DNA of 64,000 nucleotides from Candidatus Eiseniibacteriota bacterium (GCA_963702435.1 CAVPCR010000003.1:288001-352000); one strand, 5' to 3'. Numbered from the stretch's first letter, positions 33,015 to 47,222 are shown. Translations and numbers: made by a program. Notes: a model not told the origin generated them from the sequence alone.

Positions 33015-34679
33015 GTGAACATTCTTCTCTACAGTCCAGATAACGGGGTTACGCGTAACTACATGCCCCATCTCTGGATGTTCCTCCTCCAGTCCCTTAC
33101 CCCGCCCGAGCACCGCGTCCATCTCATCGACGCGAACGCCACTCCGCTCTCCGAGGACGGTCTCGCCGCCTACATCCACGAGCACGAGATCCAGCTCGTC
33201 GGCATGGGCTTCATGACCAGGATGGCGGCCAAGGCCTTCCGCATGGCCACCGCGGCCCGCGCCGCCGGCGCCCGCGTGGCCATGGGCGGCCCGCACGTGA
33301 CCGAGATGCCGGACGAGGCCCTGGGCCGGGACGGCGGCCCCCGCTACGCGGATGCCATCGCGCTCGGGGAGGCCGACAGGACCTGGCCCCTCCTCGTCGC
33401 CGACGCGGCGCGCGGCGAGCTCAAAGAGGTCTATGCCCCGGTCGATGTCTGGGGCAAGGAAGAGAAGCCGTCCCTCGCCGACTATCCGCGGATCCCGTGG
33501 GATCGGATCGACCTCGACCAGTTCAACCTGATCCGGCTCATGCCGCCCCGGGTACGGAGCGTGCTCGAGAAGTTCGGCATGTCCTGGAAGTGCTTCCACA
33601 TCGTGCCGATCGAGTCGGGGCGCGGCTGCCCTTACGGCTGCGAGTTCTGCACGGTGACCGGTTTCTTCGGGGACGAGATCCGTTTCCGCTCGAACGAGAG
33701 CGTGATCGCTGAGCTCTTGATGATCAAGGCGGTCGAGCGCGAGCGGGGCGGGAAGATCGCGGTCTTCTTCATCGACGACAACTTCGCGATCAACGTCAAG
33801 CGGACCAAGGCCCTGCTGCGCGACATCATCGCCGCCGGGGCCCAGGTGCCGTGGGTCGGGCAGATCAGCATCAACCTCCTCCGCGACGAGGAGCTCCTCG
33901 ACCTGATCCGCGACTCGGGCGGCAAGTGGATCTTCTGCGGCCTCGAGTCCATCGACCCCGATCAGCTCAAGAACGTGGCCAAGGGGTTCAACAAGCCGGC
34001 CGAGTACCAGGGCATCCTCGAGCGCATGGCGGAGCGGCGGATCTACGCCATCACGTCGTTCATCTTCGGCATGGACGGGGAGCCGGCGGACGCCGCCGAG
34101 CGGGTGCTCGCGGCCATCGCGACCTGGCCGCCCGCGCTCCCGGTCTTCGGGCTCCTGACGCCGTACCCGGGGACGCCGCTCTACACGAAGCTCGAGGCCG
34201 CCGGGCGGCTCGAACGCCCGCGCCACTGGCTCGAATTCAAACCCTTCCGCATGGCCTTCACCCCCGCCGGGACCACCGCCGACGCGGCTCATGCCCACGT
34301 CGCCCAGGCCTGGGCCGGGTCCTACTCTCCGGAGGCCACCCGCCGCGCCATCACCTGGCTCAAGAAGATGCCGCTCTCCGATCGCCTGCTCCACCTCTTC
34401 GCCCGCCTCGCCTTCCGCGGCATCTACTTCCCGCAGATGACCTGGCGCGAGTGGACGCGGGTCGTTCTCGCCAATTGGGGGACGATCGGCGGCCTCCTCG
34501 CGGAGGCGGCCACGATCAAGCTCCGGCGTCTCTTCGGGATCCGCCCGCCGGCTGCGCGCCCGATTCCCGCGTGGACCCATGCCAATGCCAAGCCCCGCCG
34601 GATGGATCCAGCGGGGCTTGCAGTTAGCGGCGACCGCGTGGTTTCCCGCGGTCGGCTCGAAAGAACTGGTCGGGACTAG
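33015..34679 (+). CDS. B12-binding-domain radical SAM protein
   Basis: N-terminal cobalamin-binding-like domain (MGGPHVT, GEAD); RGCPYGCEFC; FIDDNF; TPYPGTPLY. Confidence 0.88.
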   Translation: MNILLYSPDNGVTRNYMPHLWMFLLQSLTPPEHRVHLIDANATPLSEDGLAAYIHEHEIQLVGMGFMTRMAAKAFRMATAARAAGARVAMGGPHVTEMPDEALGRDGGPRYADAIALGEADRTWPLLVADAARGELKEVYAPVDVWGKEEKPSLADYPRIPWDRIDLDQFNLIRLMPPRVRSVLEKFGMSWKCFHIVPIESGRGCPYGCEFCTVTGFFGDEIRFRSNESVIAELLMIKAVERERGGKIAVFFIDDNFAINVKRTKALLRDIIAAGAQVPWVGQISINLLRDEELLDLIRDSGGKWIFCGLESIDPDQLKNVAKGFNKPAEYQGILERMAERRIYAITSFIFGMDGEPADAAERVLAAIATWPPALPVFGLLTPYPGTPLYTKLEAAGRLERPRHWLEFKPFRMAFTPAGTTADAAHAHVAQAWAGSYSPEATRRAITWLKKMPLSDRLLHLFARLAFRGIYFPQMTWREWTRVVLANWGTIGGLLAEAATIKLRRLFGIRPPAARPIPAWTHANAKPRRMDPAGLAVSGDRVVSRGRLERTGRD

Positions 34680-34972
34680 TAGCGACGGCGAGCGCCGCCG
34701 CCACCACCACCGCCGGCCCCGGTCCGCTCGCGGGCCTCGTTCACGACGAGCGAGCGACCGCCAAACTCCTGGCCGTTCAACACGCTGACCGCCGCCTCCG
34801 CGTCCTTCTGGCTCGACATCTCGACGAAGGCGAAGCCACGGGGACGGCCCGTGTCGCGGTCGGTCACGATCGACACCTGGGACACGCTCCGGCCATCGCC
34901 CTCGAAGAGCCGGCGGAGTTCTTCCTCATCGGTGTCATACGGCAGATTCCCAACGTAAAGTCTCGTACCCAT
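34676..34972 (-). CDS. RRM RNA-binding protein with Gly-rich tail
   Basis: RNP2 LYVGNL, RNP1 RGFAFVEM, VNEARER, GGGGGGG. Confidence 0.93.
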   Translation of the reverse strand: MGTRLYVGNLPYDTDEEELRRLFEGDGRSVSQVSIVTDRDTGRPRGFAFVEMSSQKDAEAAVSVLNGQEFGGRSLVVNEARERTGAGGGGGGGARRRY

Positions 34973-35352
34973 GTCAATGCACTCCCAAACGTTAACTGGA
35001 TCCGAACGCCGATCTCGCAGCCATACCGCCTTCTCCAGGGGAGACGCAGGACATGGTCCGGCGAGGCGCCGGGGGACCCCGGGGGTCAACTGGACGGCCC
35101 GGAGCAAGAAAAAACGCCGCGGGAACAGGTCCTTCGCGGCGATCTTTTGACTACGTGCCTTGTTGCCGCCGGCAGCCGGCGGGCCCGGATCCCACCTTGA
35201 CTATCGGCCAGGGTGGGTTCCCAGTCAACCCCATTTTGCCGTCCTCCGGCCCCGGGCCGCCCATCTCCCCTGGCGCGGACACTCGCCGATCGCTTATGGT
35301 CCCCCCAGGTTCGCGGGTCCACCGCCTGGTCAACTGCCTCGAGGAGGGCTGG

Positions 35353-35559
35353 ATGGGGAAGCACCCGGGCGCCCATCGCGCCGAGAAACGCAGGAAAGAG
35401 CTCAAGCGCCAGGAGAAGCAGCAGGCCAAGCGGCAGCGCCGGGATGCGAAGAGCCCTGGCACCCCTGACGCGCCTGAGGGTGCCGCCGAGAACCCGGAGC
35501 TCGCCCCGGACGAAGCCCCCGAGGGCACCGAGAAGGAGGACGGGGCCGGCGAGCCCTGA
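35353..35559 (+). CDS. Small hypothetical protein (basic N-half, acidic C-half)
   Basis: GAGGAG RBS; MGKHPGAHRAEKRRKELKRQEKQQAKRQRR... Confidence 0.6.
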   Translation: MGKHPGAHRAEKRRKELKRQEKQQAKRQRRDAKSPGTPDAPEGAAENPELAPDEAPEGTEKEDGAGEP

Positions 35560-35827
35560 CCTGAGCCTCGTCGAGTCCGGGTCCCCCGCCTGAGCGTGGC
35601 GCATGGCCTGCGCCTCGCCGCCGCCACTGGCGCGGGCAACCCGGGGAGCGCGCGTCCCCGGCGCGAGGCCTCCGCCGAGCTCAAGGGATCGGGCGCGGGT
35701 CGAGTCTGCAGTGGGGATTGTGCAATGACTGCCCCGGCCCCGCTTGCCGCACCGATCTGCATCCACTACCCTCGCCGCAATCCGGCTGGCCAGGTGAACA
35801 CTGCGGACTCCCCCAAGGAGATCCGAG

Positions 35828-37042
35828 ATGCGCGCGCGAAGTTCTCTGCCACCGATTGAACCCGCCCTTCTCGTAGTGCTCGGAGTTCTGCTGTTGATTC
35901 CGGGGTCGTCGATCGCCGACGAGATCGTGGTCCCGGATGACTTCGTCACGATACAGGCCGCAATCGACTTCGCGTCTCCCGGCGATCAGGTCTGGGTGCG
36001 GCCCGGAACCTACGTCGAGAATCTCCTCGTTCGTGGCAAATCGATCCAGCTCACGTCCTTCGACGGCCCGGCGGTCACGATCATCGACGGCAGCGCCCCC
36101 ACGCGCCCCGACACCTTGAGCGTGGTCACGGCCATCGAGGTCGAGGATCTCCACCTCGCCGGCTTCACCTTGCGCAACGGCCACGGGGGCATCGACTTCG
36201 GTGAGCTGTCCGGAGACGATTCCGGCGGCGGCTTGGCCCTCGGCGCCACGAACGGCACGATCCGGGACTGCGTGATCGAGGACAACTCCTGCGGCGGCAA
36301 CGGTGGCGGCATCCACGTGGTCCTCGGCAGCCCACTCATCGCGGATTGCGTCGTGCGCGACAACCTGTGTGGAAGCAACGGTGCCGGCATCCACGCTTAC
36401 GTTGGCTCCCCGACCATCGAGCGCTGCACGATAGAGAACAATCTGGCCGGCGAGGACAGCCGCGGCGGCGGGATCTCCATCAACTACTTCGGAGCGTCCC
36501 AGATCACTGACTGCATCGTTTCCGGGAATCGCGCCAGGGTGGGGGCGGGAATTCTCACGCAGTACTCCTCAAGTGCGACGATTCTCAGAACCCTGGTTAT
36601 CGGCAATGCCACCACTATCCTGGGGTCAGGTGGCGGCATCGTCCTGGATGGAGGCAGCTCCCGGGTCGAAGGCTGCACGATTGTACGGAACACGAGTCCG
36701 TTCGCAGCAGGAATCGGGATGCCGACTGGTTCCGCTCTCACCCGCTCGATCGTGGCCTTCAACCACGGTGGCCCCGGCCTGAGCTGCCTCGGCCCGGTGA
36801 CCGTCGACTGCTGCGACATCTTCGGGAACGAGGGCGGCGACGAGCTCTGCGGCATCGATGGGGGCGGCAACTTCTCGCTGGATCCGCTCCTCTGCAGCGA
36901 CTACTCGATCGCGGCCACCTCGCCGTGCGCGCCCGAGAACTCGCCCGCGAGCTGCGGGCTCATCGGAGCGCTTGCGGTGGGCTGCACCGAGGCGATCGAG
37001 CCGGCGACCTGGGGAGGGATCAAGGTCCGCTACCGCGACTGA
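35828..37042 (+). CDS. Secreted right-handed parallel beta-helix (pectin-lyase-like) protein with C-terminal EPATWGGIK tail
   Basis: Signal peptide; VPDDFVTIQAAID, PGTYVENL; GGGI/N repeats; ends IEPATWGGIKVRYRD. Confidence 0.85.
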   Translation: MRARSSLPPIEPALLVVLGVLLLIPGSSIADEIVVPDDFVTIQAAIDFASPGDQVWVRPGTYVENLLVRGKSIQLTSFDGPAVTIIDGSAPTRPDTLSVVTAIEVEDLHLAGFTLRNGHGGIDFGELSGDDSGGGLALGATNGTIRDCVIEDNSCGGNGGGIHVVLGSPLIADCVVRDNLCGSNGAGIHAYVGSPTIERCTIENNLAGEDSRGGGISINYFGASQITDCIVSGNRARVGAGILTQYSSSATILRTLVIGNATTILGSGGGIVLDGGSSRVEGCTIVRNTSPFAAGIGMPTGSALTRSIVAFNHGGPGLSCLGPVTVDCCDIFGNEGGDELCGIDGGGNFSLDPLLCSDYSIAATSPCAPENSPASCGLIGALAVGCTEAIEPATWGGIKVRYRD

Positions 37043-37067
37043 GCGGCGGCGCGGCGACTCGCGCGCG

Positions 37068-37823
37068 CTACCGGTGCTTCCAGACGGGCGCGCGGCGCTC
37101 CATGAAGGACTTGAGCCCCTCGTTCGCGTCCGCGGTCGCCATCAGCTCCTCGAGGTAGAGCCGCTCGATCGCATGCAGGTTGTCGGTCGAGGCCCGCCCG
37201 AGCGCGAGCGCCCGCCGTGCGTGCCGGAGCGCCGCGTCCGAGTTCCGGAGCAGCTGGTCGAGGAGCGTGTCGAGCGCCTGGTCCAGCGCGCCAGGGGCGG
37301 CGAGCCGGCTCGCGAACCCGAGGGCATGGGCGCGGTCGCCGGTCATCTCCTCCCCCGTCAGGATGAGGTCGGCCACCGCCGCATCCCCGTAGCGTCGCGG
37401 AAAGCGCGCCGCCGCCCACGGCGGGAAGACGCCGAGGCGGATCTCCGGGAGCGCGAGGCGCGCATCGGCCGCCACCACCACGAGGTCGCAGGCGAGCGCC
37501 ACCTCGCAGCCACCGCCGAGCGCCGCTCCATGCACCGCGGCGATCGAGACCGCGGGTAGCGACTCGATCTGCGCGAGCGCCGCGTGGAAGACGCGGATCA
37601 TCTCGGCGACCTTCTCGGGCACGTGGTCGGCGACATCCACCCCCGCCGAGAACATCTTCCCCTCGCCGCGGAGAACGACGACCGCCGCCGCCGTCGCGCC
37701 GAGGGCTCGCTCGAGCTCGGCGAGCAGCTCGATGTTCAGGACGTTCACCGGCGGCCGCCTGAGCCGGATCTCGCATACACGCCCGTCTCGCACCAGCCGC
37801 ACATCGAGGTGCTTCGCATCCAT
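37068..37823 (-). CDS. Enoyl-CoA hydratase/isomerase family
   Basis: FSAGVDVADH, GAALGGGCE, LPEIRLGVFPP. Confidence 0.9.
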   Translation of the reverse strand: MDAKHLDVRLVRDGRVCEIRLRRPPVNVLNIELLAELERALGATAAAVVVLRGEGKMFSAGVDVADHVPEKVAEMIRVFHAALAQIESLPAVSIAAVHGAALGGGCEVALACDLVVVAADARLALPEIRLGVFPPWAAARFPRRYGDAAVADLILTGEEMTGDRAHALGFASRLAAPGALDQALDTLLDQLLRNSDAALRHARRALALGRASTDNLHAIERLYLEELMATADANEGLKSFMERRAPVWKHR

Positions 37824-37845
37824 CGTCCGTCCTCCTGCCGGTCAC

Positions 37846-39051
<1,206 letters not shown>

Positions 39052-39061
39052 CGGGTCTCCC

Positions 39062-39805
39062 TCATCGTGTCTCCTCCCCCGCCGGGGCGCCGAGGATGGC
39101 GGAGACGACCGGCTCCATCTCGGCGAGGTCGGTGAACAGCGCATCGGGACCGTGCGCAGCGAGCTCGGCGACCGCGTAGGGCCCGGTCGCGACCGCGATC
39201 GTCGTCGCGCCCGCCGCCTTCCCGCAGTCGATGTCGAGCGGCGTGTCTCCGATCACGACGATGTCGCGCCCGCTGAAGTCATGGCCCGTGAGGGTGCGGG
39301 CCCGCGCGGCCGCGATCGCGACCAGCGCCCGGCGCTCCTCGGCGTCGGAACCGTAGGCCCCGAGCTTGAAATGATGCCGGATGCCGAAGTGCGCGAGCTT
39401 GATCGCCGCTCCGCGCTCGAGGTTCCCGGTCAGGAGGCCGAGGAGCACCTCGGGATCCGCTGCCAGGCGCTCGACGAGCGCGCGCACGCCCGGGAAGAGG
39501 CGCGGTTTGGACGAGGCGGCGAGCGCCGGCGCGAAGCGCTCGAGATAGCGGTCGAGCACGCGATCGATCAGGCGATCGATCTCGTCGGGCGCTGCGCCGG
39601 CGCGCCGGAGGAGCTCGCGGGCGATCTGGCGGTCGGTCCGTCCCGCCATCGAGTAGCCATCCATCGCCACGGGCCGCCCGACCGCCTCGGCGAGGGCCTC
39701 GGCGAAGACGCCGGAAGCGACACCGGCCGACGAGAGGAGGGTGCCGTCGATATCGAAGAGGACGAGGCGCGATGGCCGGGAGTTCGAACGGGCGATCGAT
39801 TCCAT
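39062..39805 (-). CDS. HAD-superfamily hydrolase
   Basis: [26 protein letters not shown]. Confidence 0.88.
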   Translation of the reverse strand: MESIARSNSRPSRLVLFDIDGTLLSSAGVASGVFAEALAEAVGRPVAMDGYSMAGRTDRQIARELLRRAGAAPDEIDRLIDRVLDRYLERFAPALAASSKPRLFPGVRALVERLAADPEVLLGLLTGNLERGAAIKLAHFGIRHHFKLGAYGSDAEERRALVAIAAARARTLTGHDFSGRDIVVIGDTPLDIDCGKAAGATTIAVATGPYAVAELAAHGPDALFTDLAEMEPVVSAILGAPAGEETR

Positions 39806-39886
39806 GAAGGCCGAAAGGCTATCACGCAGCGGCCCGGGCGGTCCACAGGGGCCGCGCAGGCGCCCCGGGTGATGTAGGCTTCGCTC

Positions 39887-41665
39887 ATGCGCCTCGTGGT
39901 CGCGATCCTCCTCCTCGGCGTTCTCGCCTACGGCCGCGCCCCCACCGCCGCCTTCCAGTTCGACGACTTCCCGGCGGTGGTCGAGAACCCGGCGCTCGCC
40001 GCGCCGCTCTCGGCGGCGGAGCTCTTCGTCCCGTCGGCGAGCGGGGCCGACTACGTGCGGCCCGTCCTCTTCCTCTCCTATCGCGTGACCGAGTGGGCGG
40101 CGCGACGGCTCGATCCGACGCCCAACTCCGCGCCCGACCTCGCACTGCGCTCGGCGGCGCACCACGCCGGAAACCTCGTCCTCCATCTCGCCGGCGCGCT
40201 CCTCGTCCTCGTCCTCGGGCGCGTCCTCGAGCGCCGCAGCGGACAGAAGACGGCGGCGCCGGCCGCCGCCGCCCTCCTCTTTGCGGTGCATCCCGCCCTC
40301 TCCCAGGGCGTCTACTACGTCGCGGCGCGAAGCACCGTGCTGATGACGACCTTCGCGCTCGCCGCGGTGACGCTCGCGCTCCACCGGCCGGCGACGCGAC
40401 TCACGTCGGGCGCGGCCCTTCTCGCCACGGCGCTCGCGCTCCTCACCAAGGAACCCGCGCTCGCCATCCCCGCGCTCGTCCTCGTCGCCGGACGGTACAC
40501 CGATCCCGGAAAACGCTGGCCGATCCGCGAGGCCGCGCCCCACGCCGTGCTTGCGGCGCTGGCCCTCGCCCTCTTCCTCGCGCGCGCGGCCGCGCACTTC
40601 CAGCCGCCGGTCCTCGATTACGCGCTCATCCAGGTGCGCGCGGTCGCGCGCTACGCGGAGCTCCTCATCGTCCCGCGCGCGCTCACCGCCGACTACGGCT
40701 GGGTGCCGCCGCCCGCCGCCGCGTACTGCCCGTTCACGCGCTCCTTCGCGCTCCCCGTCCTCGCCCAGTGGCTCGTCGCCGCCGCGTTCCTCCTCGCCCT
40801 CCTTGCGATCGCCATCATGACCGGGCGCCGCCGCCCGCTCGACGCCGCGGGCTTCGCCTGGTTCGGCCTCGCGCTCCTTCCCACCTCGAGCTTCTTCCCG
40901 ATCCGCGATCCGATCTTCGAGCATCACCTGATCTTCGCAGCGCCCGGATTCCTGCTCGCCGTCGCCGATCTCGGTGTCGCCGCACTCGGCCTGCTCCCGC
41001 GGCGGAGCCGCACACCGCGGCTGGCCGCCCTCGGCTTCGCTGTCCTTCTCCTCGGCCTCGCGCTCCAGGCCCGCGCCCGGGCCACCGCCTGGCAGAGCGA
41101 GCGCGCGCTCTGGGCGGACACCGTCGCGAAGCAACCGGCGAACCCCCGGGCCGCCTTCAACCTGGCCGCCGCCCTCACCGCCGAGATGGCAGCGACCCCC
41201 GACCCGGCCGCGCGCGCCGGACTCCGCGCCGAGGCGGAGGCGCTCTACCGGCGATCGCTGGCCCTCCATCCGCCCTTCGCCTACGGCTACGAGCTCCGCG
41301 CGTACGCGACGACGAACCTCGGCTACATCTATCTCGATGCCGCGCGGGCGCACGTCGCGGATGGACCGGAGGCCGCGCGCGCGAGAGACCGCGCGATCGC
41401 GGTCCTCGACACGGCCGTCACCCGGCGCGTGCGCGCCGGTGCCCGCGAAGTCCCCTATCCGCTTGCCTATGAGAACCTGGGCCGCGCGCACTTCGAGCGC
41501 GCCGTCCTGCGCCGCGCCGCCGGCGATCCGCGCGCCGCCGATGATGCCCTGCGCGCTCGCGCTGCACTCCGCACTGCCCAGGAGCTCGCGCCCCGCCCGG
41601 CCGTCGCGCGCCGGCTCGCCGAAGTCGAGGCATTCCTCCGCACCGCTGACCCCGGCGCCCGTTGA
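39887..41665 (+). CDS. Multi-TM GT-C-fold protein with C-terminal TPRs (TMTC-like glycosyltransferase)
   Basis: FQFDD...[30 protein letters not shown], followed by TPR-like helices. Confidence 0.72.
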   Translation: MRLVVAILLLGVLAYGRAPTAAFQFDDFPAVVENPALAAPLSAAELFVPSASGADYVRPVLFLSYRVTEWAARRLDPTPNSAPDLALRSAAHHAGNLVLHLAGALLVLVLGRVLERRSGQKTAAPAAAALLFAVHPALSQGVYYVAARSTVLMTTFALAAVTLALHRPATRLTSGAALLATALALLTKEPALAIPALVLVAGRYTDPGKRWPIREAAPHAVLAALALALFLARAAAHFQPPVLDYALIQVRAVARYAELLIVPRALTADYGWVPPPAAAYCPFTRSFALPVLAQWLVAAAFLLALLAIAIMTGRRRPLDAAGFAWFGLALLPTSSFFPIRDPIFEHHLIFAAPGFLLAVADLGVAALGLLPRRSRTPRLAALGFAVLLLGLALQARARATAWQSERALWADTVAKQPANPRAAFNLAAALTAEMAATPDPAARAGLRAEAEALYRRSLALHPPFAYGYELRAYATTNLGYIYLDAARAHVADGPEAARARDRAIAVLDTAVTRRVRAGAREVPYPLAYENLGRAHFERAVLRRAAGDPRAADDALRARAALRTAQELAPRPAVARRLAEVEAFLRTADPGAR

Positions 41666-41690
41666 CGGCGCGCATCCTTCCAGCTAGCAT
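41662..41690 (+). promoter_or_regulatory. Putative sigma70-type promoter for the carboxylase/mutase operon
   Basis: TTGACG-17 nt-TAGCAT about 45 nt before the ATG at 41734. Confidence 0.55.
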
Positions 41691-41733
41691 CGAGCACTGT
41701 TTGTCCCCCGCCGCAAGGCAAGAAGGAGAAGAG

Positions 41734-43360
41734 ATGCAGAACTCGGGGCGCACCTCGACCCGCACCACTCCCCCTCCGGCCCGCGCCGCGAAGGATGCCC
41801 GCCCGCCGCGCACCACCGCGGACAGGATCCAGGACCTCGCCGAGCGCAAGGCGCAGGTGCTCCTCGGCGGCGGGCGCGAGCGGATCGATGCCGAGCACAA
41901 GAAGGGGAAGCTCACCGCGCGCGAGCGCATCACGCTCCTCCTCGATCCCGGCACCTTCACCGAGACCGGCGTCTTCGTCACCCATCGCTGCACGGACTTC
42001 GGCATGGAGCGGCGGCGCATCCCCGGCGACGGGGTCGTCGCGGGCTACGGGCGCATCGACGGCCGCCTCGTCTTCGTCTTCGCTCAGGACTTCACCGTCT
42101 TCGGCGGCACCCTCTCGGAAGCCAACGCCCAGAAGATCTGCAACATCATGGACCGCGCCATGGAGAACGGCGCCCCGGTGATCGGGCTCAACGACTCGGG
42201 CGGGGCACGCATCCAGGAGGGCGTCACCTCGCTCGGCGGCTATGCCGACATCTTCCTCCGCAACACGCTCGCCTCCGGCGTCATCCCCCAGATCTCGGCG
42301 GTCCTCGGCCCCTGCGCCGGCGGCGCGGTCTACTCCCCCGCCATCACCGACTTCACGATCATGGTCAAGGAGACGAGCCACATGTTCGTCACCGGGCCCG
42401 ACGTGATCAAGGCGGTGACCAACGAGGAGGTGACCTTCGAGGATCTTGGCGGCGCGATGACCCACAACTCGAAGAGCGGGGTCGCGCAGTTCGCCGCCGA
42501 GGACGAGGAGCACTGCCTGGCGCTCATCCGCCGCTTGTTCTCCTTCATCCCGCAGAACAACGTCGACGATCCGCCCCGCCTCAAGCCGACCGACGATCCG
42601 AACCGCATGGACATCGAGCTCAACTCGATCGTCCCCGACGAGCCGAACCGGCCCTACGACATGAAGGACATCGTCTGCCGCGTGGTCGACGACGGCGACT
42701 TCCTCGAAGTCCACGAGCACTACGCGCGGAACCTCGATCGTCGGCTTCGCCCGCCTCGACGGGCGGCCGGTCGGGATCGTCGGCAACCAGCCGAACGTGC
42801 TGGCCGGCGTCCTCGACATCGACTCCTCGATCAAGGGCGCGCGCTTCATCCGCTTCTGCGACGCCTTCAACATCCCGATCGTCACCTTCGAGGACGTGCC
42901 CGGCTTCCTGCCGGGGACCGCCCAGGAGTGGGGCGGCATCATCAAGAACGGAGCCAAGCTCCTCTACGCCTATTGCGAGGCGACCGTGCCCAAGGTGACC
43001 GTGGTCGTCCGCAAGGCCTACGGCGGCGCCTACGACGTCATGTCCTCGAAGCACATGCGCGGCGACTACAACATCGCGTGGCCGACCGCCGAGCTCGCGG
43101 TGATGGGCGCCGAGGGCGCGGTCAAGATCGTCTTCCGGAAGGAGCTCCTCGAGTCGGCCGATCCGGCCCGCCGCCAGCGCGAGCTGGTCGACGAGTACAA
43201 CTCCAAGTTCGCGAACCCCTACATTGCCGCCTCCCTCGGCTATCTCGACGACGTGATCGAGCCGCGCGAGACGCGGCCGCGGGTGATCTCGGCGCTCGCC
43301 ATGCTCGAGACGAAGGCGCAGACCTTGCCGGCCAAGAAGCACGGCAACATTCCCCTCTAG
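41734..43360 (+). CDS. pccB: Propionyl-/acyl-CoA carboxylase carboxyltransferase (beta) subunit; frameshift near 42736
   Basis: [39 protein letters not shown] | [24 protein letters not shown]. Removing one G restores YARNLIVGFARL. Confidence 0.88.
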
Positions 43361-43372
43361 AGAGACACCGCC

Positions 43373-44878
<1,506 letters not shown>

Positions 44879-44902
44879 GACGAGGGGAAGGGAGGAGAAG
44901 CG

Positions 44903-45421
44903 ATGGACTACCGGATGCGAGTCGGCGAGCACGAGGAACGGGTACGCATCCAGGAGCGCGATGGCCGCTACGTGGTCGAGGTCGGCGACCGGGTCTACGA
45001 CGTGGACGCAGTGCATATTCCGCGGAGCACCACCCTCAACCTCGTCATCAACAATCACTCCTACGATGCGGAGATCACGCCGCGCGAGGACGGCTACCTC
45101 GTGCATCTCCTCACCCGCTCGATCGAGGTGGAGGTCCAGAACGAGGTCCTCGCGGGCGCCGGCACGCGGCGCCGGAAGACCGCGGCCAAGGGCCTTCTCC
45201 AGGTGACGAGCCCGATGCCCGGCCTCGTCATCGATGTCAAGGCGGGACCCGGGCAGCGCGTGGCGGCCGGCGAGCCGCTCGTCATCGTCGAGGCGATGAA
45301 GATGCGGAACGAGTTCGGCGCTCCCGCCGCCGCCGTGGTCAAGGACGTGAAGATCAAGGCGGGGCAGACCGTGACCGGCGGGCAGCTGCTCATCACGCTC
45401 GAAGCGGTGCCCGAGGGATAG
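44903..45421 (+). CDS. Biotin carboxyl carrier protein
   Basis: SPMPG and the EAMKM biotinylation motif. Confidence 0.92.
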   Translation: MDYRMRVGEHEERVRIQERDGRYVVEVGDRVYDVDAVHIPRSTTLNLVINNHSYDAEITPREDGYLVHLLTRSIEVEVQNEVLAGAGTRRRKTAAKGLLQVTSPMPGLVIDVKAGPGQRVAAGEPLVIVEAMKMRNEFGAPAAAVVKDVKIKAGQTVTGGQLLITLEAVPEG

Positions 45422-45449
45422 GGATGCGCGGCGCCGAGAGGACCATGCG

Positions 45450-47114
45450 ATGACCGATCAGCACGCGACGGCGGGCGGGCTCCGCGCCGAGCTCGAGCAG
45501 TGGCTCACGCGCATCGCCGGCCCCACCCGCCGGCCGCGCTTCGTGACGGGCTCCGGGCTCGAGCTCCCTCCCCTCTTCCTGCCGCCCGCCGGCGCCGCGG
45601 GCGATTACGTCGAGAGGCTCGGCTTCCCCGGGGATCCCCCGTTCACGCGCGGCATCCATCCCACCATGTACCGCGGCCGGCTGTGGACGATGCGCCAGTA
45701 CGCCGGCTTCGGGAGCGCCGAGGAGTCGAACCGCCGCTACCACTACCTCCTCGCGCAGGGCCAGACCGGGCTCTCGGTGGCGTTCGACTTGCCGACCCAG
45801 ATGGGCTACGACTCCGACCACGTGCTCGCCGAGGGCGAGGTGGGCCGCGTGGGCGTGGCCATCGACTCGATCGAGGACATGGAGCTGCTCCTCCACGGCC
45901 TGCCGCTCGATCGCATCTCGACCTCGATGACGATCAACGCGACGGCAGGCCTCCTCCTCGGCCTCTATCTCCTGGTCGCCGAGGAGCGCGGCATCCCCGC
46001 GGCCAAGCTCACGGGGACCGTGCAGAACGATCTCCTCAAGGAGTACGTGGCGCGCGGCACCTACATCTATCCGCCGGGCCCCTCGCTCCGCCTGACGACC
46101 GACGTCATCGCCTACTCGGTCGAGCACGTGCCGGGCTGGAACCCGATCTCGATCTCCGGTTACCACATCCGCGAGGCGGGCTCGACCGCGGTGGAAGAGG
46201 TGGCGTTCACCCTCGGCAACGGGATCGCCTACGTCGAGTCGGCGCTCCGCCGCGGCCTCGACCCCGACGACTTCGGCCCGCGCCTCTCCTTCTTCTTCAA
46301 CGCGCACAACGATTTTCTCGAGGAGGTGGCCAAGTACCGGGCCGCCCGCCGGCTGTGGGGCCGCATCATGCGCGAGCGCTTCAAGGCGGAGACCGCGGCC
46401 GCCTGCCGCCTCCGCTTCCACACGCAGACGGCGGGCTCGACCCTCACCGCGCAGCAGCCGGAGGTGAACGCGGTGCGCGTCGCCCTCCAGGCGCTCGCCG
46501 CGGTATGCGGCGGCACGCAGTCGCTCCACACGAATGCGTTCGACGAGGCACTCTCGCTCCCGAGCGAGGCGGCGGCGAAGCTCGCGCTGCGCACCCAGCA
46601 GGTGATCGCCGAGGAGACGGGGATCACGAACGTGGTCGATCCGCTCGGCGGCTCCTACGCGATCGAGGTCCTCACCGACGAGATCGAGACGGCGGCGATG
46701 AAGATCATCACCGAGATCGATGCGATGGGCGGCATGCTGCGCGCGATCGAGACCGGCTGGGTGCAGCGCGCGATCCATCGCTCCGCCTATCGCGCCCAGC
46801 GCGAGTTCGAGAGCGGCGAGCGGCGCGTGGTCGGGGTCAACTGCCACGTCGAAGAGTCGGCCGCCCCCACCTCGCAGTTCGCCCTCGATCCGGCGCTCGA
46901 GGCGGCACAGCGCCAGCGCCTTGCCGCGCTCCGTGCGGCGCGCTCCGGAGCCGCCGTCACGCAGGCTCTCGACGAGGTGAAGCGCGTCGCCGCCGGGGAC
47001 GGGAACCTGATGCCGCCGCTCATCGCGGTGCTCCGGACCCGGGCCACGATCGGCGAGATCTCGGATGCCTTGCGCGACGTCTTCGGCGTCTATCGCGAAG
47101 GGGCTGTCTTGTAG
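45450..47114 (+). CDS. Methylmalonyl-CoA mutase, substrate-binding (large) subunit of a split enzyme
   Basis: [10 protein letters not shown] (Tyr, MCM-type), [31 protein letters not shown]; lacks the B12-binding domain. Confidence 0.9.
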   Translation: MTDQHATAGGLRAELEQWLTRIAGPTRRPRFVTGSGLELPPLFLPPAGAAGDYVERLGFPGDPPFTRGIHPTMYRGRLWTMRQYAGFGSAEESNRRYHYLLAQGQTGLSVAFDLPTQMGYDSDHVLAEGEVGRVGVAIDSIEDMELLLHGLPLDRISTSMTINATAGLLLGLYLLVAEERGIPAAKLTGTVQNDLLKEYVARGTYIYPPGPSLRLTTDVIAYSVEHVPGWNPISISGYHIREAGSTAVEEVAFTLGNGIAYVESALRRGLDPDDFGPRLSFFFNAHNDFLEEVAKYRAARRLWGRIMRERFKAETAAACRLRFHTQTAGSTLTAQQPEVNAVRVALQALAAVCGGTQSLHTNAFDEALSLPSEAAAKLALRTQQVIAEETGITNVVDPLGGSYAIEVLTDEIETAAMKIITEIDAMGGMLRAIETGWVQRAIHRSAYRAQREFESGERRVVGVNCHVEESAAPTSQFALDPALEAAQRQRLAALRAARSGAAVTQALDEVKRVAAGDGNLMPPLIAVLRTRATIGEISDALRDVFGVYREGAVL

Positions 47115-47222
47115 GAGCTGTCTTGTAGTATCCTGCGTTCGGGCGCGAACCGCGCCGCACCGTGCCGCGGCGTGCCGCGCCGCGCACGACGTAATGGACC
47201 GGCCGCGCAAGGGAGACGATCC

